This document shows, piece after piece, positions 14,644 to 27,241 of a stretch of 64,000 bases of DNA. A program made the position numbers and the translations under genes. How positions within the stretch are numbered: the stretch's first letter is position 1; each line of letters opens with the position of its first letter. The DNA is from Deltaproteobacteria bacterium. Its GTDB lineage: Bacteria; Myxococcota_A; Polyangia; Polyangiales; Houyiibacteriaceae. The notes below the pieces were generated by a model that was given only the letters and a program-made list of their open reading frames with translations, made no database searches and had not been told where the DNA came from. The stretch spans positions 1 through 64,000 of the forward strand of contig JAXMNT010000032.1 of NCBI GenBank assembly GCA_034670305.1, in the 5' to 3' direction.

Positions 14644-15963
14644 ATGCAGACCGTTCTCGAGCTCAGGGACCACGCCGACGCGAAGCTCTTCGCCGGAGCC
14701 TATCCGGAAGCGCTTCACGCCTACGCGCTTCTCGTGCAACTCCAGCCCAACGACCTCGACGCCCGGCTGCGCGTCGCGGACACGTTGCTCGCGATGCAGG
14801 AAGTGCCCGCCGCGGCCTACGTCTACACATCGCTCGCCCGGCACGCCGCCAATGCGGGGTATCCGTTCCGCGCGCTCATCGCGCTCAAGATCCTCGAGGC
14901 GCTCGAACCAGAGTTCATCAAGCAGCTCGCCCTCTTCGCCAAGCTCTACTGCAAGGACAGCAAGAAGTTGGGCCCCTCGGTCCGTCTCTCGCTCGCGGAC
15001 AGCAGCTTCTCCGTGCCCGGTGAGCTGAAACTCGACACGCCCCCGCCGCTCGAAGAGTTGCTTCCGGCGGCCGCGAAGATCGCGTGCAGCACGGAGCGCA
15101 TCGCGGCATATCCGGAGAAGCTCACCCCGATCCCGCTCTTCAGCCTCTTGCCGGAGGAGGCGTTTGCCAACGTCCTCGGTGCCCTCAAGCTCGTACGCAA
15201 ACGGCCGGACGACGTGATCCTCACCCAGGGCGAAGCCGGCACCGCGTTCTACATTCTCGCGCGCGGCGCGGTGAAGGTGGTTCGAAGGGACGACGAAGGG
15301 GTCGAACACGAGCTGGCGCGCCTCCACGGCGGATCGATCTTCGGCGAGATGGCCCTCGTGTCCGCCCAGCCGCGCTCCGCGACCGTTGTGGCCACCGACG
15401 ACTGCGACCTCTTGGAGTTCGACCGCTCGGCGCTTCAAGCCGCCGCGAGTGAAGTGGGCGCCGTCGCCCAGGCGCTCGACAACTTCACCCGGGAGCGCCT
15501 GCTCAACAACCTGCTCGCCACTTCGCGGCTGTTCAAACCGCTCAACCGCAAGCAGCGGCTGGATCTGGTGCGCCGGTTCACCGCCCACGACGTCGCCGCC
15601 GGCACGCACGTGATCCAAGAAGGCCAGCCCGGCCAAGGTTTGTTCGTATTGCTCAGCGGCGAGGTGGACGTCTCGAAGCGGGATGGTGGAGAGAAGGTCT
15701 TGCTCGCCACGCTCAAACCGGGCGCCGTCTTCGGAGAGATCGCGCTGCTGCACGACGAGCCGACGAGCGCGACGGTGACCGCCGGGGTGAACTCGACCGT
15801 GCTCTTCTTGAGCCGCGAACTCTTCCAGCGCTTGCTCGACGCGGTGGACGAGATCCGGGAGTACATCGAGGAGCTCGGCGACGAGCGGCTCATGGACACC
15901 CGGATCGTGTTGACCTCGGACGACGTGGACGAACTCGATCTGGACGACCTGATCCTGGTCTGA
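14644..15963 (+). CDS. Protein with N-terminal TPR-like region and two cyclic-nucleotide-binding domains
   Basis: FGEMAL...PRSATV and FGEIALL...PTSATV. Confidence 0.88.
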   Translation: MQTVLELRDHADAKLFAGAYPEALHAYALLVQLQPNDLDARLRVADTLLAMQEVPAAAYVYTSLARHAANAGYPFRALIALKILEALEPEFIKQLALFAKLYCKDSKKLGPSVRLSLADSSFSVPGELKLDTPPPLEELLPAAAKIACSTERIAAYPEKLTPIPLFSLLPEEAFANVLGALKLVRKRPDDVILTQGEAGTAFYILARGAVKVVRRDDEGVEHELARLHGGSIFGEMALVSAQPRSATVVATDDCDLLEFDRSALQAAASEVGAVAQALDNFTRERLLNNLLATSRLFKPLNRKQRLDLVRRFTAHDVAAGTHVIQEGQPGQGLFVLLSGEVDVSKRDGGEKVLLATLKPGAVFGEIALLHDEPTSATVTAGVNSTVLFLSRELFQRLLDAVDEIREYIEELGDERLMDTRIVLTSDDVDELDLDDLILV

Positions 15964-16031
15964 CCCGGAGTGGAACGTCTGGAACTGACCTAGAACTGGC
16001 CCGCGGAACCGTCCGCGGCGAACCTCGGGCC

Positions 16032-16988
16032 ATGGCACGCGTCCTCGGTGGGTTGTTGGTGGTGGGCATGTCCTTGGCCCTCTCGACTGTGGCGCACGCG
16101 CAGTGTCAGGAAGAGGACGCCCTCGCCGAAACCGCCGCCACGCTGTTGCTGTCCGATGTGCTGGATCCGGCGACCGTCCGAGACGCGCTCTTCGAATCGG
16201 GTTCGGACCTCCCCTCCGTGCGGGTGGTGCGGGACCTCGACGGAGTTGCGACCTTCGCCGCAACGGCGGACGGCGAGGTGGTGTGTGGTCAGGCGCAGGG
16301 CGACAGCGGTTCGCTCTGGGTGGTGGCCGCCCGTGGCGGGTCGCTCCAAGTGCAGGGCGACGCGCTGGTGGTCCAGCTGCATCCCGACTTCCGCGATGCA
16401 TATGTGGCGTTCGTCGGGGACTCCGGCGCGGCCGACGAGCGCGGTGGCCGCGTGGGGGTGCACGATGGTGAGCGGCTCGCGTGGCCCCAGACGTCGGGAC
16501 CCATCACCGCGCAACTGGTCGCGACTGGTCCGGGGGGTCCTCGCCCGGTGGCCGAGCGCACCCGGGGAGGCGATGTGCGTACGGAAGAGAACCTTCAGAG
16601 CGACGCGCCGCTGCCGACTCGACTCGAGCGGTTGCGCGAAGAGGTCGGAAGCGCTCCGCTTCGGGACAACCGGCTGCTGCGCGAAGAGGCCGCCGCGCAT
16701 GCACGCACGGTCTGCGCGGCTGGCCGGGCAGGACACGTGGGCGAAGGTGGACGGGACCCCGAAGCGCGGCTGCGCCGCCGTGGGATCGTGGCGCGGGTGG
16801 TCGGCGAGACGGTGGCGCGGGCACGCACCGAAACCGAAGCCTTCGCTGCGCTGCTCCAGAGTCCAAGCCACCGGCTGACCCTCATCGATCGCCGCTTCAC
16901 CGATGTGGGCATCGCGACGGTGACCCGTGGCGGCGGTACCTGCGTGGTGGTCGAGCTTGCGGCGTGGCCGCAGTACCGGCCGCGCTGA
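16032..16988 (+). CDS. Secreted CAP (SCP) domain protein
   Basis: Signal peptide; AAAHAR, VGETVA, LLQSPSHRLTL, FTDVGIA. Confidence 0.8.
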   Translation: MARVLGGLLVVGMSLALSTVAHAQCQEEDALAETAATLLLSDVLDPATVRDALFESGSDLPSVRVVRDLDGVATFAATADGEVVCGQAQGDSGSLWVVAARGGSLQVQGDALVVQLHPDFRDAYVAFVGDSGAADERGGRVGVHDGERLAWPQTSGPITAQLVATGPGGPRPVAERTRGGDVRTEENLQSDAPLPTRLERLREEVGSAPLRDNRLLREEAAAHARTVCAAGRAGHVGEGGRDPEARLRRRGIVARVVGETVARARTETEAFAALLQSPSHRLTLIDRRFTDVGIATVTRGGGTCVVVELAAWPQYRPR

Positions 16989-17069
16989 TCGCGGTTTCGA
17001 TTCGACGCCCCCTTAAACGACAAAGGCCAGCAACGCTGACCTCGTTCGCTTCGGTTCCGCGGGCCGCGC

Positions 17070-17261
17070 CTACTTCATCTTCTGCAGCTCGTCCTTCATC
17101 ACCAGTTTCTCTTTCTTGAGACGCTGACGTTCGACCTGCTCGGCAGGCGATAGGTAGCTGCGTCCCGAGAGTTCATTGACCCGTTCCTTGAGCCTCGCGT
17201 GTTTCTGCTCGAGACGAGCGATCACGATTTCTGGGCTCGAAGAACGGCGTACACGTGCCAT
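17070..17261 (-). CDS. DUF465/YdcH-like small coiled-coil protein
   Basis: LEQKHARLKERV...LKKEKLVMKDEL; strong RBS GGGAGGTG. Confidence 0.8.
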   Translation of the reverse strand: MARVRRSSSPEIVIARLEQKHARLKERVNELSGRSYLSPAEQVERQRLKKEKLVMKDELQKMK

Positions 17262-17642
17262 AGACACCTCCCTTTGGTACCTGCGTACCCCTGGTTTGGG
17301 TCTTCGACGCGTTGTCCTCGCAGCGCCGTCCACCCTGTAACTTCTCTAAGTCAACCAAGCAGGAGGGGCCGGCACGTCGCCGCCGGATTGTCCCCGATCC
17401 GTACTCCCAGGCTAAGGGAGCTTGGTCTGCCGATCAACAGGGCCCGGAGAGATCCTCTCTCCAATGACGGAAAGGCGTTTGTTGCCGGTGGGTTGGTGAT
17501 GTCCTGGTCCGGTCCTGCATGGCGTACCGACCGCGCCAGAGCCGTAGCGCGCCCCGGATCCAGCACCCATACTCCGCCCGGACGTCCACCATTCGCAGCG
17601 TCCCCTGAATACCCACCCGCCCCGAGCGTTCCAACTCCGCCC

Positions 17643-18356
17643 ATGAACCACCGCGTCCTCATTCGCCTCGTCGCGATCTCCATCGCCTCCGCTGCGGTCT
17701 TGACCGTGCATGCGCAGCAACAGCCGACCCCCGCGTCACTCGACGCACGGGGTGTCGCGGCGCTCGTCCAGTCGTTCTACGACCAGACCCGCAGCTTGCA
17801 GGCCGACTTCCACCAGACCCAGTTCACGAAGGTCTACGACCGCACGACGCGGGCACGCGGCACCGTCGTCTTCAGCAAGCCCGGCAAGATGCGGTGGGAC
17901 TACGCGCGGCCGAACGGACAGATCTTCGTCAGCAACGGCGAGCAGCTCGTCGTGTACCAGCCGCCGGACGAAGGCGAGCAGCACGGGCAGTTGATCGAGC
18001 GGCCGATCCAGGACGACCAGATCCCGCTCGCGTTCAGTTTCCTCACCGGCACCGGTCGCCTGGACCGCGACTTCAACCTCCGTTTGCTCGACCCGGCGCG
18101 CCAGGGGTTCCCTGGTGGCTACGTACTCGAGCTGCGGCCGCGGGTTCCGACGCCCCAGTACGAACGCGTGCTCTTCTACGTCCGGATCATGGAGCGCGGC
18201 GGGCGCCAGGCCGGCGTCATTCAGCGCGTGCTGATCATCGACTCCGCGGGCAACCGAAACCGCTTCGACTTCCGCGAGATGCGCTTCAACCGGAACGTGC
18301 CCGAAGCCCGCTTTCAGTTCACGCCGCCGGCCGGCACCCGGCGCGTCACTCCCTAG
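17643..18356 (+). CDS. lolA: Outer-membrane lipoprotein carrier LolA
   Basis: LQADFHQ, GTVVFSKPGKMRWDY, FQFTPPAG; signal peptide. Confidence 0.88.
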   Translation: MNHRVLIRLVAISIASAAVLTVHAQQQPTPASLDARGVAALVQSFYDQTRSLQADFHQTQFTKVYDRTTRARGTVVFSKPGKMRWDYARPNGQIFVSNGEQLVVYQPPDEGEQHGQLIERPIQDDQIPLAFSFLTGTGRLDRDFNLRLLDPARQGFPGGYVLELRPRVPTPQYERVLFYVRIMERGGRQAGVIQRVLIIDSAGNRNRFDFREMRFNRNVPEARFQFTPPAGTRRVTP

Positions 18357-18358
18357 CG

Positions 18359-18682
18359 GTGTCCACGTTGACGCTCAGTGGGACGCTCCGTTTCTGGAAC
18401 GACGGGGAAGAGCCCAGCGAGTTCGTGTTGGACCGGCTCACGTTCGCGTTCGTGGACACCTACGAACCGAGCCTGATCGTGGAGTATGTCTACCTCGCCT
18501 TCGTGGAGGGGCACCGGGTGCACTACGGCTCGTTCGAAGGCGTGGCTGATGGGATGACGATCAAGGTCAAAGGCGCTCAGCACGCAGAGCTCAAGAACTG
18601 GGGCATCCACATGCCCAGCGGCGACCTGTCGCCCCGCCCCGACTTCGTCGACACGCACACCGAGACGATGCGTCCCTTCTAA
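18359..18682 (+). CDS. Hypothetical protein
   Basis: GTG start just after the lolA stop; typical codon usage; stop overlaps the convergent glycosyltransferase stop. Confidence 0.55.
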   Translation: MSTLTLSGTLRFWNDGEEPSEFVLDRLTFAFVDTYEPSLIVEYVYLAFVEGHRVHYGSFEGVADGMTIKVKGAQHAELKNWGIHMPSGDLSPRPDFVDTHTETMRPF

Positions 18683-19806
18683 GGCGCAGAGACCTCGCCG
18701 CGGAGCGCCAAGAGGGTTCGTTCGGCCAACGCGCCGACGTCGCTCCACCGATCCATGGACGGTGGGTCCTGCGCGGGTCTGGAGTCCACGAGCGCGGATC
18801 GGACCGCGGCTCGCAGCGCCTGGACGTCGCCCGCTGGGAACACGCGTGCGTGTTCGCCGTCCACGGGCACGACGTCGCTGACCACGACCGGCGTGCCCAG
18901 ACGTTGCGCCTCGCGCACCACCACTGGCGATCCTTCGGTGCGGCCGCTGGGCAGCCGAATGCTCGGCACGACGACCACGTCCGCGGCTGCGAGCCACCGC
19001 GACTTCGCCGGTTCCGCCACGCGGCCGAGTGCGCGGATGCGGCCGTCCGAACCGCGCGCCGCATCTCGAACCAACGCCCGCAACGGACCGTCTCCGGCCA
19101 CCACGAGATCGGCTTCCGCAAGACCCACCATGGCGTCGAGCAGCACCTCCACGCCTTTCACCGGAACCAGCCGACCAAGGAAGAGCACGGTCGGGCGGCT
19201 CAGACCCAGCGCCGCCCGCGCCACGTCCCGATCCACGATGCGAACATCGGCGGGCATCGGTTGCACGAGAGAGGGCGCTCGTGCGTCGTGCATCAACGCG
19301 GCGCGGTGTTCTTCTCGGACAAACCAATGGGTGCCGCGGTCGAAGAGTGTTCGGCGAAGCACGGGGCGAAACCACGGCGCGCGATCCAGCAACCGGCGCA
19401 CGAGGTGCAGGTCGCCGGAGTGCCACACCGTGAGCACGGGCAGACCAGCGAGCTGCGCCACCAAGCCACACGGAACCCCGAAGTGCGCGACCACCGCATC
19501 CCAGCGACGCGCACGTTTCCGGACCGACAACGCGAGCGAGAGCGGGAACGTCAGCAGACCGGGCCAGGCCCGCGCGTCCGAGACGTTGTCGGGCACTCCG
19601 TCCCGGTAGAAGGTTCGCTCCCATACACGCGGCGCGTATCGGATGGGCACGAACGTCCCGCCTTCTTCCAGGTGGGGGTCGGACGGTGCGAGCACCTCGA
19701 CCGAGTGGCCGCGACTGCGCAGCGAATCCGCGAACCCGCGCACGAACGAGCCACAGTGATCCGAAGGCGTGCGTGGGTAGCCGGTCGTGAGCAGACCGAG
19801 CCGCAC
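18679..19806 (-). CDS. Glycosyltransferase family 4 (GT-B)
   Basis: LFLGRLVPVKG, VAGDGP, EGSPVVVREA. Confidence 0.88.
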   Translation of the reverse strand: MRLGLLTTGYPRTPSDHCGSFVRGFADSLRSRGHSVEVLAPSDPHLEEGGTFVPIRYAPRVWERTFYRDGVPDNVSDARAWPGLLTFPLSLALSVRKRARRWDAVVAHFGVPCGLVAQLAGLPVLTVWHSGDLHLVRRLLDRAPWFRPVLRRTLFDRGTHWFVREEHRAALMHDARAPSLVQPMPADVRIVDRDVARAALGLSRPTVLFLGRLVPVKGVEVLLDAMVGLAEADLVVAGDGPLRALVRDAARGSDGRIRALGRVAEPAKSRWLAAADVVVVPSIRLPSGRTEGSPVVVREAQRLGTPVVVSDVVPVDGEHARVFPAGDVQALRAAVRSALVDSRPAQDPPSMDRWSDVGALAERTLLALRGEVSAP

Positions 19807-19809
19807 CGT

Positions 19810-20565
19810 TCAGCGCCCGCGGGGCGACGCGGGCGCCGGCTCGGTCTCGTAGGCGGCGTCTCCCCAACGTCGAAGGGCCGCGCGCCCGAGCACCCACGGG
19901 ATGACGTAGGTGGCGTCGCGCCAGCCGAGCCCGCTCTGCTCGTCCGCGTACACCGGACGCACCGGCACATCGACGACGCGCGCGCCGACCCGTGCCAGCG
20001 ACGCGAGCAGGTCGTTCGGGTAGCCGTAGCGCGGCCAGAGCGCGCCGAGGTCGAGCGACCGAAGCGCGCGCGCGCTGATCGCGGTGTAGCCGCACTGCGA
20101 GTCCTGGATGCGGAGGCCCGTCGCGGCGCGGGTCATCGCAGAGAGCACATGGTTGCCGAGCCACCGGGCCGGCGGCATCGCGCGGTGCGCGTTCGGCCAC
20201 TGCAATCGGTTGCCCTTCGCGTAGTCGGCGCTGCCACCCACCACCGGCTCGAGCAGCGCCGGGAGGTTCGTTGGATCCATTTGCGCATCACCGGCCATCA
20301 CAGCGACGACCTCCGCGCCCAGCTGAAGTGCGCGTTCGTAGCCTGTCGCGATCGCTGCACCGACGCCTCGGTTGGCGGGATGCACCACCACCTGCACGCG
20401 GCCATCGCCGCACTGTTCTGCGCAGCTCCGGGTCGCGTCCACGCTCGCGTCGTCGACCACGACCACGTCGTCCACGTAGCCGGGCACCGACGAAAGTGTG
20501 CGCGCGATGAGTCGGGCTTCATTGTGCGCGGGCACGACCACCGCGACGCGTTGTCCTCGGAACAT
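19810..20565 (-). CDS. Glycosyltransferase family 2
   Basis: VVVPAHNE, VVDDASVD, NRGVGAA, DSQCGY. Confidence 0.9.
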   Translation of the reverse strand: MFRGQRVAVVVPAHNEARLIARTLSSVPGYVDDVVVVDDASVDATRSCAEQCGDGRVQVVVHPANRGVGAAIATGYERALQLGAEVVAVMAGDAQMDPTNLPALLEPVVGGSADYAKGNRLQWPNAHRAMPPARWLGNHVLSAMTRAATGLRIQDSQCGYTAISARALRSLDLGALWPRYGYPNDLLASLARVGARVVDVPVRPVYADEQSGLGWRDATYVIPWVLGRAALRRWGDAAYETEPAPASPRGR

Positions 20566-20573
20566 GCGGAGTC

Positions 20574-22406
<1,833 letters not shown>

Positions 22407-22499
22407 GTTCTGTGTTCCGTTCCCGTCCCCGCGAGCGGGGGTAAGCCATCGAGCCGTTGATCGCGCGGGGCAGCAACGCCACCCCGAGCTTGGTTGCCT

Positions 22500-24098
22500 C
22501 TAAGACGCCGGAGATTCGCCCTGGTGTTCCGGACTGCGATTTTGCGCGCCACCTTCGGGTGCTTCGCTGGGCACCGCCGTCTGCTGATCGAAACGCGCTT
22601 TCGGTTCCATGTTCTCGTCGACCACCGTGACCGGGCCGTACGTTCGAAGCCCCTCTGCGACTTCGTTTGCGTTGCCGACGACGAGCACGAGCATCTGCTC
22701 CGGGCGAATGTAGCGCTGCGCAACCGCGAGCGACTGCGCGGCGCTGACCTGGCCGATGCTGGTCCGGTAGGTCTCCCAGTAGTTGTCCGGCAGACCGAAC
22801 ACCCGAAGGTCCGCCACGAGCGACGCGATCTTTCCGGGCGTGTCGATCTTCAGCGGGAACGAGTCGCTCAGGTAGCGCTGCGCGTGCCGCAGTTCTTCCG
22901 CGGGCGGCGCTTCGGTGACGATGCGATCGAGGTTCTCGAAGAACGCGCCCACTGCTTCGCCCGTCACCTCGGTGCGGACCGCGGCCCACGAGATGAACGG
23001 GGCTGTGCCGACGCGTTCGCCGACCTGGCTGTAGGCGCCGTACGTGAGGCTTCGGCGTTCGCGCAGATCCATGAAGAGGCGCGACGCGGCCGAACCACCG
23101 AGCACCTGGTTGGCGACCATGAGCTGCACGTAGTCTTCGCTTTGGCGGGCGAGCGCGAGGTTGCCCATGAGGATGACCGACTGCACGGCGCCCGGCCGGT
23201 CGACCACGAGGATCTCACGTTCGGTGCGTTCCGGAAGTGCGGGCAACTCCACAGCGGGCACGTCGCGACCACGCCATCGGCCGAACGCGCGCTCGGCGGC
23301 GGTGCGGATCCGCTCCGGGGTCACGTCTCCGACCGCGACGAGGAACGAGTTGCTCGGCACGAAATGCGTCCGGTGCCAGCGCACCAGATCGTTGCGGCGC
23401 ACTCGGCGGAGGACCGCCTCGGTGGTGTCCACCCGGCCGTAGGGGTGGTCGCCGTAGAGCTGACTGTAGAGCGCGCGCCGCGCGAGGAAGTTCGGACGCT
23501 TGCTCATCAGCGCGAGACGGTCGCGTTCGCGCCGCTTGAGCTTCTCGAGTTCGCCCGCGTTGAACGCCGGCGAGGTCGCGACCTCCGCGAGAATGTCCAT
23601 GGCTTCGTCGAGGTGATCGCTGAGCGCTCGAAAGACCAACTGCACGTTCTCTTCGTCCGCCCCAGTCCACAGATCGGCGCCGAGGAACTCGATGCGCTCG
23701 GCGAGCCGCGCGCTGTTCTGGCGGCGCGTGCCTTCCTGGAGCATCTGCGCGACCAAGTCGCTCAGACCCTGAAGCGCTTCGGGGTCGCGCTCGGCGCCGC
23801 TGCGGACCACGAGCCGCAGGTACACGACCGGGAGCTGATGCCACTCGACCGTGTTCAGTTCGAGACCGTTGTCGAGCGACACACGCTGGATGGGCGGGAA
23901 CGCGATGTCGCGCGCCGGACCGGACGCGGGCGGCTCCTGTTTGGTGACGTGGGCGGGCTCAGGCACCTCCTGCCCGCCGGTCGTCTCGCCGCCCTCGAGC
24001 GGCGGGATCTCCGCGGTCGGAACCTCGGGACCACCACACGCGACGAAACCCGCAACGGTCGTGGTCAAGATGCTGAGAAGCAGAAGTCGGCGGTTCAT
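22500..24098 (-). CDS. M16 peptidase, non-catalytic subunit (lipoprotein)
   Basis: FVAC lipobox; M16 fold motifs SRLFMDLRE...LTYGAYS; lacks HxxEH; start overlaps the upstream stop. Confidence 0.85.
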   Translation of the reverse strand: MNRRLLLLSILTTTVAGFVACGGPEVPTAEIPPLEGGETTGGQEVPEPAHVTKQEPPASGPARDIAFPPIQRVSLDNGLELNTVEWHQLPVVYLRLVVRSGAERDPEALQGLSDLVAQMLQEGTRRQNSARLAERIEFLGADLWTGADEENVQLVFRALSDHLDEAMDILAEVATSPAFNAGELEKLKRRERDRLALMSKRPNFLARRALYSQLYGDHPYGRVDTTEAVLRRVRRNDLVRWHRTHFVPSNSFLVAVGDVTPERIRTAAERAFGRWRGRDVPAVELPALPERTEREILVVDRPGAVQSVILMGNLALARQSEDYVQLMVANQVLGGSAASRLFMDLRERRSLTYGAYSQVGERVGTAPFISWAAVRTEVTGEAVGAFFENLDRIVTEAPPAEELRHAQRYLSDSFPLKIDTPGKIASLVADLRVFGLPDNYWETYRTSIGQVSAAQSLAVAQRYIRPEQMLVLVVGNANEVAEGLRTYGPVTVVDENMEPKARFDQQTAVPSEAPEGGAQNRSPEHQGESPAS

Positions 24099-25666
24099 CG
24101 GATCACCTCACGCGCGAAGCCGTCGTGCCCGAGGGTTCGCGACGACATGGCGTCGTTGTCGGTGGCGTTCGTCACGCCGGTTTCGAAGTTCGGGGTCTCG
24201 GGGTCCGCGAGGAAGAAGCCTGCGGTGGCTCCACCAGCGGCGTCCTCCCCTTCGGTCCCGCCGGCGCCCGAGGTGGGCAACACGTCGAGCACGGTGCGAG
24301 AGGTCGGTTCGAAGTAGCGCTCGGCGACGCGCTGGATGTCCGCCTGCGTCACGGCGAGGTACCGATCGAGCTCGCTGCGAATGAGCTCCGCGTCGCCCCA
24401 GTACATCTCGAACTCCGCGAGCTGTCGCGCGCGGGACATGTTGGCCTGGAGCCCGAACACGAAGTAACCGCGGACCCGGTTGTGGGCCTTCTCGAGTTCG
24501 CGCGCGGTGACCCCGCGGCGCGCCACGGTCGCCAGCTCTTCGAACACGACGTTCTGCGCTTCGGCGGGCTGGTGGCCGCGGGACATGATCGCGAACACGG
24601 AGAACAGATCCGGACCGCGGCGATCGTCGGTGCCGACCGAGATCTGCTGGCAGATCTCGCGCTCCTTCACGAGCTTCTGGTAGAGCCGCGAGGACTGGCC
24701 GTCGCCGAGAATGAGGCCGAGCAGTTCGAGCGCGTAGTGGTCCGCGACCCGGCTTTGCGGGATCGGGTACGCGATGTGGAACGCCGGCAGCTCCGCGTGC
24801 GGATCGGGCATGCTCTCGCGTCGCTCCGCGGTCTGAGGCGCGAGTTCGGGTGGCTCGTACGCGGGAATCGGTCCCTGCTCGATGGCGCCGAAGTAGCGCT
24901 CGATGAGCTGCAGGGCTTCGGCCGGATCGAAGTCACCGGAGATCGCCAGGACCGCGTTGTTCGGGCGGTACCAGGTGTTGAAGAACTCTTGCACCGCTTC
25001 GAGGGGCGCGTTGTCGAGGTCTTGCATCTCGCCGATGGTCGAGTGCGCGTACGGCCAGTAGTCGCCGAAAGCGAGTTCGTTGATGCGCAACCCGCTCATC
25101 GCGTACGGCTGGTTCAGGTAGCTCTGCCGAAGCTCCTCTTTGACGACCTGGCGCTGGTTCTCGAAGTTCTCCGCCGTGACCGCGAGCGAGCGCATGCGAT
25201 CGGCTTCGAGCCAGAGCCCGAGTGCGAGTTCGTTCGAGGGCAAGGTCTCGAAGTAGTTGGTCCGGTCGTGGCTGGTCGTTCCGTTGAGCGAACCGCCCCG
25301 GTTCATGATCAGCTGGAAATGTTCGCCTTTGCCGACGTTGGCCGAGCCCTGGAACATCATGTGTTCGAACAGGTGCGCGAAGCCGGAGCGTCCCCGCTCC
25401 TCGTTCCGGGAGCCGACGTCGTAGTAGACGGCGAGCGCGACGGTCGGAATCGTGCGGTCGGAGCTCAGGACCACGCGGAGGCCGTTGGCCAGCGTGTGTC
25501 GCTGGATCGGGAGCTGCGCCAGCGGCGACGGTGCATTGTCCGTCCCCGTCGGGGCCGGTGCGCTGTCCGAGGAAGGCGCGCGGGTCTGAGCCGCGGTCCG
25601 AAGTGCCCAAACCGAGCCCAGAGTGGCCACGGAGGCGAGTGCGAGGAGCCAGTGAATCCGTCTCAT
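24095..25666 (-). CDS. M16 zinc peptidase, catalytic subunit
   Basis: SGFAHLFEHMMFQGS (HxxEH), NGTTSHDRTNY, VVKEE; signal peptide. Confidence 0.92.
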   Translation of the reverse strand: MRRIHWLLALASVATLGSVWALRTAAQTRAPSSDSAPAPTGTDNAPSPLAQLPIQRHTLANGLRVVLSSDRTIPTVALAVYYDVGSRNEERGRSGFAHLFEHMMFQGSANVGKGEHFQLIMNRGGSLNGTTSHDRTNYFETLPSNELALGLWLEADRMRSLAVTAENFENQRQVVKEELRQSYLNQPYAMSGLRINELAFGDYWPYAHSTIGEMQDLDNAPLEAVQEFFNTWYRPNNAVLAISGDFDPAEALQLIERYFGAIEQGPIPAYEPPELAPQTAERRESMPDPHAELPAFHIAYPIPQSRVADHYALELLGLILGDGQSSRLYQKLVKEREICQQISVGTDDRRGPDLFSVFAIMSRGHQPAEAQNVVFEELATVARRGVTARELEKAHNRVRGYFVFGLQANMSRARQLAEFEMYWGDAELIRSELDRYLAVTQADIQRVAERYFEPTSRTVLDVLPTSGAGGTEGEDAAGGATAGFFLADPETPNFETGVTNATDNDAMSSRTLGHDGFAREVIR

Positions 25667-25821
25667 TGGCCCAGAAGTAGCACGGTATTGGCTTTGGGCC
25701 CGCGCAGGAGCGAAGCGATCCGCGGGTCTGGAGCCGTTCCCGCAGGTCCCAGGAAAGGCGATGGGGTGGGACACCTGGCGTTTGCGGTTCGCGCGTGTCG
25801 GGAGGACACTCGGCGGTTCCC

Positions 25822-27132
25822 ATGAAAGCCGTCCTTCTCTCCATTGGCACCGAACTCACCCGCGGTGAGCTCATCGACACCAACGCCGCCTGGCTCTCCG
25901 CCGAGCTCACGGACCGTGGATTCGACGTGGTCGAACGAAGAACCGTCAGCGACGACCCCGCCGAGATCGGTGCCGCCGTCCGCGGCATGACCAAGGGCCG
26001 GGCGGTGCTGGTGGCCACCGGGGGACTCGGGCCGACCACCGACGACCGGACGGCCCAAGCGGTCGCAGAGGGTCTCGGGGTGTCCGTGGAGCGGGATCTG
26101 GCGGTGCTCGATCACATCCGCCGCCGCTACGCGCACAAAGGACGCGAGATGCGGGAGCTGGGGGCCAAACAGGCGGACCGGCCCGCCGGGTCCGATGTGC
26201 TTCAGAACAACAGCGGCACCGCGCCCGGGTTCGCCCTCGTCGTCGAGGGCTGCAAGTGTCACTTCTTGCCAGGCGTGCCTTCCGAGATGAAGGAGATGTT
26301 CCAGGTCGAAGTCCTCCCGCGGATCGGAGATCACGCGACGCACGACGCACACCAGGTGCACTTGCGCACGTTTGGGCTGCCCGAGAGCGAAGTCGGCGAG
26401 CGGCTCGAGGGCCTGGAGGCCGACCACCCCGGCATCACCCTCGGCTACCGCGCGCATTTCCCGGAGATCGAAGTGAAGGTGCATGCGCGGGCGAACGACG
26501 GAGCCGCCGCCGAAGCACTCGCGGGCGTGGTCGCCGAGCAGGTCCGCGCGCGGCTCGGCGACATCGTGTTCGGTGAACGTGACGACTCGTTTCCGGGCGC
26601 GGTCGGGGAAGCGCTGCGCCGCAAAGGGCTGCGGATCGCCGTCGCAGAGTCCTGCACGGGCGGCATGATCGGAGAGCTTCTGACCGCCGTTCCTGGAAGT
26701 TCCGAGTACGTCCTGCTCGACGCGGTGACCTACTCGAACGCCGCCAAGACGGCGATGCTCGGCGTCGCGGTGGACACGCTCCGAGCCTACGGCGCCGTCA
26801 GCGCGGAGACCGCACGGGCGATGGCGGAAGGTGCGCTCAAGCTCGGCGACGCCGACGTCGCCGTGTCGACGACTGGCGTGGCTGGCCCCGGCGGCGGATC
26901 CGAAGAGAAACCCGTGGGCACCGTGTGGCTTGGCTTGGCCACGAAGACCGCCACGTGGACACTGCGCCACGTGTTCTCGGGAGACCGGGGCAAAGTGCGG
27001 GGACTCGCGGCCTACGTGGCACTCGACCTCGTCCGCCGGGCCGCGCTCGGACTCGACCCGATGCAATGCAATCCGCACACGCTGCGAGAACACAACACCC
27101 ACGTGGGGGTGAAGGCAACGACTCCGGAGTGA
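25822..27132 (+). CDS. cinA: Competence/damage-inducible protein A (MoCF-binding plus PncC domain)
   Basis: IGTEL..G...DTNA, TGGLGPTTDD, LPGVPSEM, AESCTGG, GVAGPGGG. Confidence 0.95.
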   Translation: MKAVLLSIGTELTRGELIDTNAAWLSAELTDRGFDVVERRTVSDDPAEIGAAVRGMTKGRAVLVATGGLGPTTDDRTAQAVAEGLGVSVERDLAVLDHIRRRYAHKGREMRELGAKQADRPAGSDVLQNNSGTAPGFALVVEGCKCHFLPGVPSEMKEMFQVEVLPRIGDHATHDAHQVHLRTFGLPESEVGERLEGLEADHPGITLGYRAHFPEIEVKVHARANDGAAAEALAGVVAEQVRARLGDIVFGERDDSFPGAVGEALRRKGLRIAVAESCTGGMIGELLTAVPGSSEYVLLDAVTYSNAAKTAMLGVAVDTLRAYGAVSAETARAMAEGALKLGDADVAVSTTGVAGPGGGSEEKPVGTVWLGLATKTATWTLRHVFSGDRGKVRGLAAYVALDLVRRAALGLDPMQCNPHTLREHNTHVGVKATTPE

Positions 27133-27241
27133 TCCGAGTGCGAGCGAGTCGAACGTCGTCGGCTCCGGACCCGACGCAGGTGAGGCCACGCTCCGGGGGG
27201 AGCGTGGCCTCGAGGGTTCTGACGTCCTGCGTGGGTCTTAC

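Noticed and set aside
22407-22499. glmS ribozyme
   Set aside because: The gap is under 100 bp and shows no recognisable ribozyme core.
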